A stretch of 64,000 bases of DNA. Origin: Longimicrobiales bacterium (lineage in GTDB: Bacteria; Gemmatimonadota; Gemmatimonadetes; Longimicrobiales; Gaopeijiaceae). The notes beneath the pieces were generated by a model, which saw only the letters and a list, made by a program, of their open reading frames with translations, did no database searches and was not told the origin of the DNA. Of this stretch, positions 54,620-64,000 are shown in pieces. Location of the stretch: positions 96,001-160,000 of the forward strand of contig CBDANQ010000059.1 in the NCBI GenBank assembly GCA_965197725.1. Direction: 5' to 3'. The translations under genes were made by a program, and so were the position numbers. Position 1 is the stretch's first letter. Each line of letters opens with the position of its first letter.

Positions 54620-54960
54620 TTGAACACGACGAGTGACTCTGGCGATCTGCCTTCACGTGAAGAAGCGATCGAGATCCTCCAGGGGGGCTTCGGGCGAGAG
54701 ATCAACAAGGTCGCCGCGCAATACGTGGCGCCGATATTCGGGGGACACCCAACCTCGACGGACGACGATAGCGTCCTGGGCAACGGGTCTGTCTTCTTCC
54801 TCCAGTGCGGTGGGCCCGTGCTAGGTGTGACCTGTGATCATGTGATCGAGGGCTGGCTGCGTGCCAAAGAGGCGCGTCCCGACATCGCGTGTCAGGTCCT
54901 CGACCTGGTTATGGACCCCACCTCGCGGGTCATCGCCAGAGACGCAAGTCGGGACCTGTC
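54620..54960 (+). pseudogene. Trypsin-like protease N-terminal fragment
   Basis: GNGSVFFL..GVTCDHVI..RDL; ends at a 14-G tract. Confidence 0.5.
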
Positions 54961-55024
54961 GCGGGGGGGGGGGGGGCGTGCAGGTCTTCAGGAAGGGTAC
55001 GGGTGAGCTAACCTCAGTCTCGTA

Positions 55025-55088
55025 GAGGCCAACCTAACCCGCAGAAGACTCACGACTTCACGCTAGACTGAGTTTTGGAACAAAACGG
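55025..55088 (-). mobile_element. Isolated IS end related to the 20985-21642 element
   Basis: GAGGCCAACCTAACCC...CTGAGTTTTGGAACAAAACGG aligns with 21580-21643. Confidence 0.6.
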
Positions 55089-55130
55089 GCGAGGGCGCTT
55101 TGCCGACCGCGCGGGTTCGCCATACTTCGC

Positions 55131-55652
55131 TCAGCGTATCGCTTCGGGAACTCGGCGAAGGATAGCCCCCAACCCCCACGCCAACGCCGCACCGACGGCA
55201 AAGTCCACAATGCCCCGCCACGGATCCGGCAGGGTTCTCACGATCAGGACCGCGCCGAGGATCGCCGTCGTGAGGAGCCACCCACGGATGAGATCGTCCC
55301 TGCCAGCCCCCACCAGAGACAGGCCGTACAGCGGAGCCAATAATCGCACGAAAAGCCTCGGGTCGTCCCGCAGGAGCAGCGCCCGTTCGACCAGCCTGGG
55401 GACCCAGCGCCGATCCAGCGCCCGGAACCCCTCACCGTACACGAAGGCGACTGTAAGCAGCACCAGCACCGACCACTCTCCCCACCCGAGCCCTGCCTGG
55501 ATCGTCGCGAATCCTCGTGTACCGAGCCGGTAGATCGCCAATGCAAACAGGGCCGCGACACCGATGAGCGTCCACGCGGACACCACGGCTCGAAGTCGAC
55601 GGTCGATCATCGTGCTTGTCCACCCCGGAGATCGGTCCCTGCCATCAGCCAC
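55131..55652 (-). CDS. Hypothetical integral membrane protein
   Basis: Four hydrophobic segments; FVYGEGFRAL, PWRGIVDFAV. Confidence 0.7.
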   Translation of the reverse strand: MADGRDRSPGWTSTMIDRRLRAVVSAWTLIGVAALFALAIYRLGTRGFATIQAGLGWGEWSVLVLLTVAFVYGEGFRALDRRWVPRLVERALLLRDDPRLFVRLLAPLYGLSLVGAGRDDLIRGWLLTTAILGAVLIVRTLPDPWRGIVDFAVGAALAWGLGAILRRVPEAIR

Positions 55653-55987
55653 TCTCGCATGGCGCGGGCTCCCACCACGCCTGTATCCCGAACCCCAGCA
55701 GGATAGACCCGACGATCACCATGCCGGCCTCGCCTAGTTCACGCTCGATGCGGTAGCAGCCCTCTAGGGCGGCGTTTAGGCGGGTGATGGGGTCGGAAGT
55801 GTTCACGCGCTCAAGATGCGGCGCAGGTCACCAAACCGCGAGCAGATTCCGCTACAGCAACACCAACGGCGCCGCCCTGGCCCGCCCGTGCCAGGCTTAC
55901 CGCCGCCGATCCGTGTTAGAGCCCCATCTCGCAGGGGTCATCGGCGAGCTCCACCTTGCCACCCTCCCTGCGAACAGTACGCCATCG

Positions 55988-56295
55988 CTACGCGTGAGGG
56001 TCGAGGAACTCCCTGGCCAATCCAGGATCGATCTCGAGTCCGTCACAAAGCCGCTCAAGCAACAGACCTTCCTCAGGGCTGATTCCATCGGACTGGGCAA
56101 GGCCCACGGCCGCCCGGAAAGGCTCTGCCCTGAGCTCCCGAGGAATTGCTTCGCATATGAGTCCCAGGAGGTCGGAAACTCCTTCGTCCGTCATACGGCT
56201 CCCGTCGTGCGGGAACGAAGACCACACCCATTCGATCGCGTCCGCCATCAGCTCCGCCACCCGCGTCTCATCTAGTTCATCGAACATGGGCAGGG
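55988..56295 (-). pseudogene. TerB-like protein C-terminal fragment cut by IS256
   Basis: AVGLAQSDGISPEEGLLLERLCDGLEI resembles the TerB helix-DG-E motif. Confidence 0.55.
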
Positions 56296-56669
56296 GAAGC
56301 TGACCCAGCCGTAGTTGAAGGTCCCTGAAGAGGGAAAAGAAAAGTGGTGGCTCCGAGGGTGCCCGATCCGATAGGATCGGGTGCGCTAAAAACCCAAAAA
56401 CGGAGCCACCACGATGAAGAGAACGTACGAAGTAGCGAGTGACACGGACAGGCGTGCGATGGCTGAGTTCGTGAAGCGAGAAGGCCAGTTCCTGCTGCCG
56501 ATGGTCGAGCTCGTAGAGCACACGGAGCTCGCGATCGACGAAGTCGTCCAGGTGATGGGCCGAGCGACGATCGAGGCGGTACTCGAGATGAGCGCCGAAG
56601 GTGTGGCGGGCCCGAAGCAATCGGGCAAGGCACGCGAGGAGGGGGCGACGGTCTGGTACGGCCGCCAGC
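56296..56669 (+). mobile_element. IS256 partial copy (left end and first ~85 codons)
   Basis: Identical to the reverse complement of ~27388-27761, then truncated. Confidence 0.92.
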
Positions 56670-56944
56670 GTCTTGACATCACCTCACGGTGGTGCGCTGA
56701 AGGTCAACGGAGAACTGGTGCCGGGAACCAACCTTGTGCCCGCATATAACCCGAAGATCGGGGCCACTCCGGTGCCTCGTCGCACGTTCTCGCACTACGT
56801 CTCGCGACTCATCGCATCGGGTTTCTTCGTCATGCCTACCACCTGACCGTCGCTGCTCCCTTGTTCTACGGGCTGGGTCTGGAGGGGATGTTCGGCCCGG
56901 GTCACGAGCCCCCGCTCCCGCACGCCGCGAGAGGAGGCCCTTTA

Positions 56945-56989
<45 letters not shown>

Positions 56990-57173
56990 ACAACATCTAT
57001 CGGCTGCGGTGTGCTGTTAGCGGCCTTCCAATATTGCACACATGTGGCCATCGAAAATTGCACACTTGGCGCTTTGACCTAGCGGGCGGGAGAGTGGGGA
57101 TGTAGGCACCACCCCGAGCGATCTTCCGGCCGATCCACTCACTTGGCGCCTCCACCGAGAACGTGGAGGTGCA

Positions 57174-58202
57174 ATGATCGGAAGGGAGAAGCGCGTGCTG
57201 CTCCGTCATTACCTCGAGCAGGGGATGAACAAGGCGGTGATCGCCCGGGATCTGGGGGTCAGTCGCCGTACCGTGTACCACTGGATAGAGACCGGTCAAC
57301 TGGACCGGGAGTTGGACGAAGAGCGTGTCGGGTACGGTCCGAGATGTCTGATGCCGTCGAAGCTGGATCCGTACAAGCCGTTGATCGACACGCGTCTCAA
57401 GGAGTACCCGAAGCTCACGGCTGTACGGCTCTTCAAGGAGGTCCGGGCCGCTGGCTACCCGGGCAGTTACAACCAAGTGAAGCGCTATGTACGCAAGGTC
57501 CGGCCTCGACCCCCAGAGGAGCCGGTCGTGCGCTTCGAGACGGCGCCTGGGCGTCAGGGCCAGGTGGACTTCGCCCACTTCCGGCTACCGTGGGGCAAGC
57601 GTTACGCACTAATCGTCGTGCTGGGCTACTCGAGGCTGCTGTGGGTTCAGTTCTACACCCGGCAGACCATGAAGGCCCTGATGCATGGCCTGGAGTCTTC
57701 GTTTTCCTACTTCGGCGGCGTGCCCTCAGAGCTTCTGTTCGACCAAATGAAGGCGGTCGTCATCGAGGACGGTCGATACGACGATGGTGCCCTCGTCGAG
57801 AACCCGGAGTTCATGCGCTACGCCTACCACTGGAACTTCAGGATCCGAGCGTGCCGACCCTATCGGGCTCAGACCAAGGGCAAGGTGGAGCGGCCGATCC
57901 GCTACCTCAGGGAGAGCTTCTTCTACGGGCGCACCTTCACGTCGGACGACGATCTCAACGCGCAGGCCCTTCATTGGCTTGAGACGGAAGCCAATGTGCG
58001 CAGCCACGGAACGCTGAAGGAGCGGCCCCTCGATCGCTTCGAGCGTGAACGACTGCTCCTCGAGCCCTTGGCGACTCGCCCGTATCACCCCCTCGTCCTG
58101 CCTCCGGATCGCTCCTCACCCGGCACGACGTCCTTGCCGGCCATCCACGTCGAGCGACGTCCCCTCACGGCCTATGCCCAGATCGCGGGAGGGGACCGAT
58201 GA
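57174..58202 (+). CDS. istA: IS21 transposase IstA
   Basis: RFETAPGRQGQVDF, LGYSR, FDQMK, QTKGKVERPIRY. Confidence 0.95.
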   Translation: MIGREKRVLLRHYLEQGMNKAVIARDLGVSRRTVYHWIETGQLDRELDEERVGYGPRCLMPSKLDPYKPLIDTRLKEYPKLTAVRLFKEVRAAGYPGSYNQVKRYVRKVRPRPPEEPVVRFETAPGRQGQVDFAHFRLPWGKRYALIVVLGYSRLLWVQFYTRQTMKALMHGLESSFSYFGGVPSELLFDQMKAVVIEDGRYDDGALVENPEFMRYAYHWNFRIRACRPYRAQTKGKVERPIRYLRESFFYGRTFTSDDDLNAQALHWLETEANVRSHGTLKERPLDRFERERLLLEPLATRPYHPLVLPPDRSSPGTTSLPAIHVERRPLTAYAQIAGGDR

Positions 58203-59041
58203 AGGCTGCCGCTCGCTCTCGCCGTGACCGGATCCGAGCCCAGCTCGCCGATCTCAAGATGCCCGGTGCGCTGGAGGCCATCGACGACGTCCTCACCGGG
58301 GTCGATGGCGGAGGCGTGACGGCCTCGGAGGCCATCGAGCAACTCCTCGGTGCCCAGATCACGCTGCGCAACAACCGCCGCCTTCAGGCTGCGATGCGCT
58401 CGAGCCGGCTACCGGGCATCAAGACCCTCGACGACTTCGACTTCAGCTTCCAGCCCTCGATCAAGCGCGAGCAGATCGACTCGCTCCACGAGCTCGGCTT
58501 CTTGGAGCGTAAGGAGAACGTGATCTTCCTCGGCCCTCCGGGCGTCGGCAAGACGCATCTCGCGATCAGCCTCGCCATTGCCGCGGCTCAGAGCGGGCGC
58601 AGAGTCTACTACGGCGCTCTGGCCGACCTCATCACCTCGCTCGAAGAAGCCAAGACCACCGGCCAGCTGGGACGCCGCCTCAAGATCCTCACCTATCCTT
58701 CGCTCCTGGTCATCGACGAGATCGGCTACCTGCCGGTCAGCCAGACCGGCGCAATGCTCTTCTTCCAACTCATCAACCGGCGCTATGAGCGCGCATCCAC
58801 TGTGCTGACCTCCAATAAAGGCTTCGAGGAGTGGGGCCAGATCTTGGGCGACGAGGTCATGGCCGCTGCGCTCATCGATCGCCTGCTGCATCACTGCCAT
58901 ATCGTCAACATCCGCGGCAGCAGCTACCGGATGCGCAAGCACACCGACCTCTCCAAGATCCTCCACTCGCCTCCTGCGGAGTCGAGCCCTTCACCCCCGA
59001 AGAGAAAGAGAGCAAGAGCAAAGGAGAAAACGACGAACTAG
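58199..59041 (+). CDS. istB: IS21 helper ATPase IstB
   Basis: KTLDDFDFSFQP, GPPGVGKTHLA, LVIDEIGY, DRLLHH. Confidence 0.96.
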   Translation: MKAAARSRRDRIRAQLADLKMPGALEAIDDVLTGVDGGGVTASEAIEQLLGAQITLRNNRRLQAAMRSSRLPGIKTLDDFDFSFQPSIKREQIDSLHELGFLERKENVIFLGPPGVGKTHLAISLAIAAAQSGRRVYYGALADLITSLEEAKTTGQLGRRLKILTYPSLLVIDEIGYLPVSQTGAMLFFQLINRRYERASTVLTSNKGFEEWGQILGDEVMAAALIDRLLHHCHIVNIRGSSYRMRKHTDLSKILHSPPAESSPSPPKRKRARAKEKTTN

Positions 59042-60536
59042 CAGACCGTGGATAAAGTCCGGTCATCGCTGTTGTGTTAAATCAGGAGGACACGAGGGTT
59101 TTTGCAGCGAGGACGGCGATGGCGGTAGGCAAGCGGCCCGAGGCTCGGCAGGGCGAGATGTTCGTGGTGGCGAGCGAGATTCGGGCCTTGGACAACCCGT
59201 TCTACTGGGCCTTGAACGAGCTTCTGGCGAAAAGCGGGTTTGACGAGTTCGCGGAAGAGGCATGCCGTGAGTTCTACGCGGACAATCGGGGTCGGCCGGG
59301 GATTGCTCCCGGGGTGTATTTCCGAATGATGATGGTGGGCTACCTCGAAGGGATCGGCTCGGAGCGGGGCATTGCCTGGCGGTGTGGGGACTCGTTGTCG
59401 TTGCGTGAGTTTCTGGGATACGGGTGGGCGAAGAACCCGCCGGAGCATTCGACCCTGTCGAAGACGCGCAAGCGCCTGAGCGTGGAAGCGCACGCGGCGG
59501 TGTTCGGGCGGGTGCTGGAGCTGCTGAAGGGGTCGGGGTTGCTGAGCGGCAAGACGCTGGGCGTCGACTCGACGACGCTGGAGGCGAATGCGGCGATGCG
59601 CACGATCGTGCGGCGCGACGACGGGTTGGGCTACGATGAATGGCTGGAGCAGGTGGCCCGGGCGTCGGGGATCGAGACGCCGACGCGCAAGGATCTGACG
59701 ACGCTGGACCGGAAGCGTCCGAAGAAGGGCTCGAACAAGGACTGGGTGCATCCGCACGACCCGGAGGCGCGGATCACGAAGATGAAGGACGGCAGGACGC
59801 GCCTGGCGCACAAGTTGGAGCAGGCGGTCGACATGGAGACCGGTGCGCTTGTGGCGGTGACGGTGCAGACGATGGACGGGGGAGATGTGGCGTCGCTGCC
59901 CAACACGCTGGACGAGGCAGAGCGGCAGCTGGAAGTAGTGCAGGTAGAGCCCGAGGAAGTGGTGGCCGACAAAGGCTACCACTCGAACAAGACCATGACG
60001 GGCGTGAAGGAGCGGGAGCTGCGCAGCTATGTGAGCGAGCCCAACCGCGGGCGCCGGAAATGGAAGAACAACCGGGACGCGCAGACGCCGACCTACGACA
60101 ACCGCCGCCGGATCCGCGGCAACCGGGGGATGCGGCTGCTGCGCCAGCGCGGCGAGAAGGTGGAGCGGGGGTTTGCGCACTTGCTTGTGACCGGAGGGCT
60201 GCGTCGCGTCCACATACGGGGCCAGGAGGAGATTCGAAAACGGATGTTGATCCACGCGGCGGCCTTCAACCTCGGCCTTCTCATGCGCAAGCGGTTCGGG
60301 GTTGGAACCCCCCGTGCGTTACAGGGCCTCGCTACCGTACAAGCTGCGCTCGCAACTCAGGTTACAACCCGCGTCTCGCGCTTTTTCCGCCGTATTCGGC
60401 GCTATTTCGCCTTCCTTGGGCCGAATATCGCCTCGTCAGACCCCAAAACCCGCTTCTTGCACAACAACACAGCCCCCGCGTGTCTGCCTTCTCTCCCACC
60501 CATCATCCGCTGGGAACCTATTTCTTCCACGGACTG
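59042..60536 (+). mobile_element. IS1182/IS5-like element, copy 3, inserted at the istB stop codon
   Basis: CTAG TSD at 59038-59041 and 60537-60540; transposase 59074-60540. Confidence 0.95.
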
Positions 60537-60998
60537 CTAGAGGCTCGTCACCTCCGCCAAGTGTGCAATTTTCGATGGCCAGACCTGTGCAGCTTTCGAT
60601 GGCCGTTGACAGTGTGCAATGTTTTGTGCAAGAATGCCTTGTTCATGCCTGCTTCTCCCTCAACTCACCGCCGCTTAGAACGACAGATAAGATAGTCTCG
60701 GCATCTGTCCGTTGGTAGGCGCGTTTGAGGCTCATAGGGTCCTTCCAGCCACCTGCTGCAGAAGTGACACCTGGACCCGCCCGGCTGAGACTGAGGGGTA
60801 GCGTCTGGGCGGTATCCAGGATGTTGAAGTGGATGCGACAGGAGGCTGCGCTGCGGGATGCGGATAGGCAATGAGGGGGCTATGCGGTTCTCTACAGCCC
60901 TGACCAGGTTGCATAGGTCACGCGGGCATGAACATATTCTCCCGCCTCACCGACGGCCATCGGCTATCTCATTTCACCCGACCTCAGGAGAACCGGCC

Positions 60999-61430
60999 AT
61001 GCGGCGACGAGGCGGACTCACGCTAGCTCTCACCGCGTTCCTCATGACGGGATGCTTTCACCAGGTCGTCCATACGGGAGCGACACCGGCACCGGGGAAC
61101 GCTGTGGTACAGAAAACCGCCGACCTCTAATTCTTCGGACTGGTCGGTGCGGAGGTCAACACCACCGCGGATTGCCCGAGCGGTGTGGCGATCATCGAGA
61201 CCCAACAGACCTTCCTAGACGGACTGGTCGGTGTGGTTACGCTGGGCATCTACACCCCGCAAACGGTCACAATCACGTGCGCCGCGGGAGGAGAGGACTC
61301 GGTGCCGGACGCACCGGTCGTCACCATCGCCACCGACGCGAGCACCGAGGAAGCGGAGACGGCCGCCCGGAGAGCTTTCGAGCTTGCGAGGCGCAGCCAT
61401 GAGCCGGTGATTCTTCGCTATCTGAACTGA
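60999..61430 (+). pseudogene. Bor/Iss-family lipoprotein with an in-frame TAA at 61128
   Basis: LMTGC lipobox; ..L*FFGLV..CPSGVAIIETQQTFLDGLVGVVTLGIYTPQTVTITC. Confidence 0.75.
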
Positions 61431-61471
61431 ACGTGAGTCCTAATTTTCCAAGCTGTTTTCGGAGGGTAAGA

Positions 61472-61890
61472 ATGCGCCGTAGAATGCGGGCGATCTGCGC
61501 CGCCGTAGTCGTGATGTCCGGGTGCTACCACGTCACCGTCTTTGCCGGCGCGCCGGAATCATCGACACGGTTTAACGAGGCGTTTCAGATGTCTTTCGTC
61601 TCTGGCCTTGTTCCCCCTCCCGAAATCCAGGCCGACCAGGAGGGGTGCACCGATGGCGTCGCGAAGGTTGAGACGTGGCGCAGCTTCGTGAACATATTGG
61701 TCGGCGCCCTCAGCTCCTCACTCGTTACGCCCATTTCTGTGACCGTGACGTGCGCCGCGAGCATGCCGGTCCCCGACGCCGCGACCCCGACCGAGGATGG
61801 TGAGCCATCGCCTCCCGAGCCCGAGTCGGGTGCGACCGAGGACCAAGCGACGGTCCAGGATGCCAGGGGGGGGCGACCGAAGGCTAGTCG
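61472..61890 (+). CDS. Second Bor/Iss-family lipoprotein (end uncertain, 8-G run near 61866)
   Basis: VMSGC lipobox; SFVSGLVPP..C.DGVAKVETWRSFVNILVG..TPISVTVTC. Confidence 0.65.
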
Positions 61891-61964
61891 GTCCCCCGCG
61901 GTGTCGCACGCAACGCGTCGATTGAACTTCGCGCAGCTGCTGGCCGGGGGCTACGCTCGCTCGG

Positions 61965-62387
61965 CTAGTTGTCCTTGGCGCCCTCCGCGATCCACGTGCG
62001 GATCACCTCGATGTCCTCGGGGGACAGCGGACCACCTTCCTCCGGCATGTCGCCATCCTGGATGAGCGTGATCATCATGCTGTCGTCCGGGTTGCCGGGC
62101 TCGACAACGCTGCCGTACTCGGAACCGGCCATGACGGTCTCGTAGCTCGTCAGATTGAGACCGGCCTCAAGAATCACGTCGCCGTCGTCCGGCGGGCCCC
62201 CGTGGCACTTGATGCAGTTCGCGTTGAGGATCGGAGCCACCTCATCAGCGAAGCTCACGTCCAGGACCCGAGCGGTCACGTGGTCGGGGGCCACGGGCTC
62301 CGCCGTGCCGAGTCCGCCTTGCAGCGTGAGTCCCATCCCCAGCGGGAATGCGATGACCGAGAGAAAGCCGTAACGCGTGATGAGCAC
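61965..62387 (-). CDS. Small c-type cytochrome (planctomycete cytochrome c-like)
   Basis: VSFADEVAPILNANCIKCHG, GLNL, MP..L..WIAEGA; GTG start at 62387 after AAGGA. Confidence 0.85.
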   Translation of the reverse strand: MLITRYGFLSVIAFPLGMGLTLQGGLGTAEPVAPDHVTARVLDVSFADEVAPILNANCIKCHGGPPDDGDVILEAGLNLTSYETVMAGSEYGSVVEPGNPDDSMMITLIQDGDMPEEGGPLSPEDIEVIRTWIAEGAKDN

Positions 62388-62544
62388 CGTCGTTTCCTTT
62401 TCGCTGTGCGGGAGGGTCCGCGCCGTTTTCGGAATTGCTCCTTCCCGGGGCGGTGGCCCGGGTGGATGGAGACCCATCAAAAATCGCAGCACCACTCCAT
62501 TCTGTCGAGAGGCAGGCAGCCCGTACTGGACCACCGCTGAACCC

Positions 62545-63634
62545 TCAGGCCTTCGACTTCGGCTGCACGTCGTGGAATCGAATGTCTTCAGCCTGGCTCT
62601 CACTGCGCTGCAGCGCCCACTTGTTGTCGAACAGGATCATAGGAAGGCCATCCACGTCCGCGACCAATCGACGGCCGTGCATCGAGCCGAGCCGTTTCAT
62701 CTGCGACTCGTCGCCCGTCACCCAGCGTGCGCAGTGGAAGGGCAGGGTCTCGAGGCGAATCGAGACGCCGTACTCCCTCTCGAGACGATCGACGAGTACG
62801 TCGAACTGGAGGCGACCAACCGCCCCCAACGATGGGTACCGGGCCAGTCAGTGAAGGCGCGAAGAGAAGCAGGATCGTGCCTTCCTCGGCCAGGTGGCTC
62901 AGCCCTTGGTCGAGCTGCTTGCGCCGCAGCACTTTGTCGAGCCGCACCTGCGCGAAGTGCTCAGGCGAGAAACGTGGGGACGCCTGGATACTCGAAGCTG
63001 CCCGCAACCGCCACGGTGTCGCCCACTCGCAGGCTGCCACGATCGTGCAGACCCACGACGTCGCCGGCGACCACGTCCTACACGCCGATTAGCCGCCCGT
63101 CCTTTCGAACCGGCCAGGTCGCGGCGAACGCTCGGATGCCCAACTCCGTGTGCACGTCGTCGATGATGCCGAGGCGGGTCCTCACCGACTCGGTCGCACT
63201 TGTTCACGAGGGTGAAGATCGGGAGTTGGCGGCGTTGGCAGACATTGAACAGCTTGCGCGTTTGGCTCTCCACGCCCTTCCGGTTGTCGATAAGCATGAT
63301 TGCGCTGTCGGCGGCGGTCAGCGCCCGGTACTTGTCCTTCGAGAAAGTCTTGGTGGCCGGGCGTGTCGAGCAGATTGATGCGGAAGCCCGCATAGTCGAA
63401 GTGCAGCACGCTCGCGGTGATCGAGATGCCGCGTTCCTGCTCCATGTCCAGCCAGTCCGACGTCGCGTGACGCAGGGCGCGCCGCGCCTTCACCAACCCC
63501 GCCAGATGGATCGCGCCACTGAAGAGTAGCAGCTTCTCGGTTAGGGTCGTCTTCCCCGCATCGGGATGGCTGATGATGGCGAAAGTGCGTCGCCTGCCGA
63601 TCTCTTGCTCGAGGGATGCCGTCGTGCTCATCAA
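62545..63634 (-). pseudogene. prfC: Peptide chain release factor 3, several frameshifts and an internal deletion
   Basis: [40 protein letters not shown]; later frames [30 protein letters not shown]; only ~1090 nt. Confidence 0.92.
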
Positions 63635-63718
63635 GTCGTTTTGGTCGGTTTGAAGCGTGTCGCGGACGGCCAGGACGTTAACGGCGCGCCCACATCGCGA
63701 GAAGCAACACCCGTCCGG

Positions 63719-63976
63719 CTACGACCTCCGGCGCAGGACGGTCACCCGCGTCTCCCCCTCGAAGTCGTACGACGAAGTCGACGTAGCGCGCGCCGCGCGA
63801 CAGCGCTTCCAGGCCGATCGCCCCACAGCCCGCGAACAGATCCAAGACTCGTGCTCCTGTGAGATCTGCCTCGACGAGATCGAGCCACCGGTCACGAACA
63901 CCCTCCGACGTGGGGCGCACGTTTCTGCCGGGGAGGTCAAATGGCGGCCCGCGAACTTCCCGCTGACGATTCGCAT
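63719..63976 (-). pseudogene. rsmD: RsmD-like 16S rRNA methyltransferase remnant
   Basis: MRIVSGKFAGRHL, frameshift, VRPTSEGVRD..VLDLFAGCGAIGLEALSRGA..FV, then jumps to a short tail; ~260 nt. Confidence 0.82.
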
Positions 63977-64000
63977 CGTGAAACATCGCAAAACGCCCCG

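Larger units (their letters stand above)
57015..60611 (+). mobile_element. IS21-family element with nested IS1182-like copy
   Basis: TGTTAGCGGCC...GGCCGTTGACA ends, GTGTGC 6-bp TSD, internal repeats ATTGCACAC/GTGTGCAAT. Confidence 0.95.

Noticed and set aside
61128..61130. Programmed readthrough or recoding in the Bor-like gene
   Set aside because: The codon is TAA (not TGA/TAG), no recoding signal is seen, and the region is rich in pseudogenes.

Overview
The window has two sharply different halves. Bases 1-18255 are an essentially intact str/S10/spc/alpha ribosomal superoperon running from the fusA 3' end and tuf to rpoA, rplQ, a membrane hypothetical and rpmB. It comes from a GC-rich bacterium, most likely Gemmatimonadota; this is inferred from protein style, the kinase fragment and the Bor-like lipoproteins. 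infA is absent from its usual position and rpsM has a 1-nt frameshift. Bases 18256-64000 are a heavily eroded accessory region, roughly one third insertion sequence: two IS3-family types, three copies of an IS1182/IS5-like CTAG-targeting element, IS256, IS21, IS110 and fragments. It holds many pseudogenes, including prfC, rsmD and an SNF2/DUF499 defence locus collapsed by deletion, plus a tRNA-Ile(GAT) whose 5' half is duplicated 10 kb away. The most interesting signals are: (1) an IS110 element with a ~460-nt downstream non-coding region that looks like a three-module bridge RNA, with segments matching both of its own junctions; (2) a 2.7-kb non-autonomous integrative mini-element that splits a second tyrosine recombinase gene, whose frame would be restored exactly by excision, lying next to a small acidic phage-type protein and an iteron-like origin; (3) the 5'-type tRNA duplication. 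Several 1-nt indels in homopolymers may be long-read sequencing errors. All family assignments come from motif recognition, not database searches.
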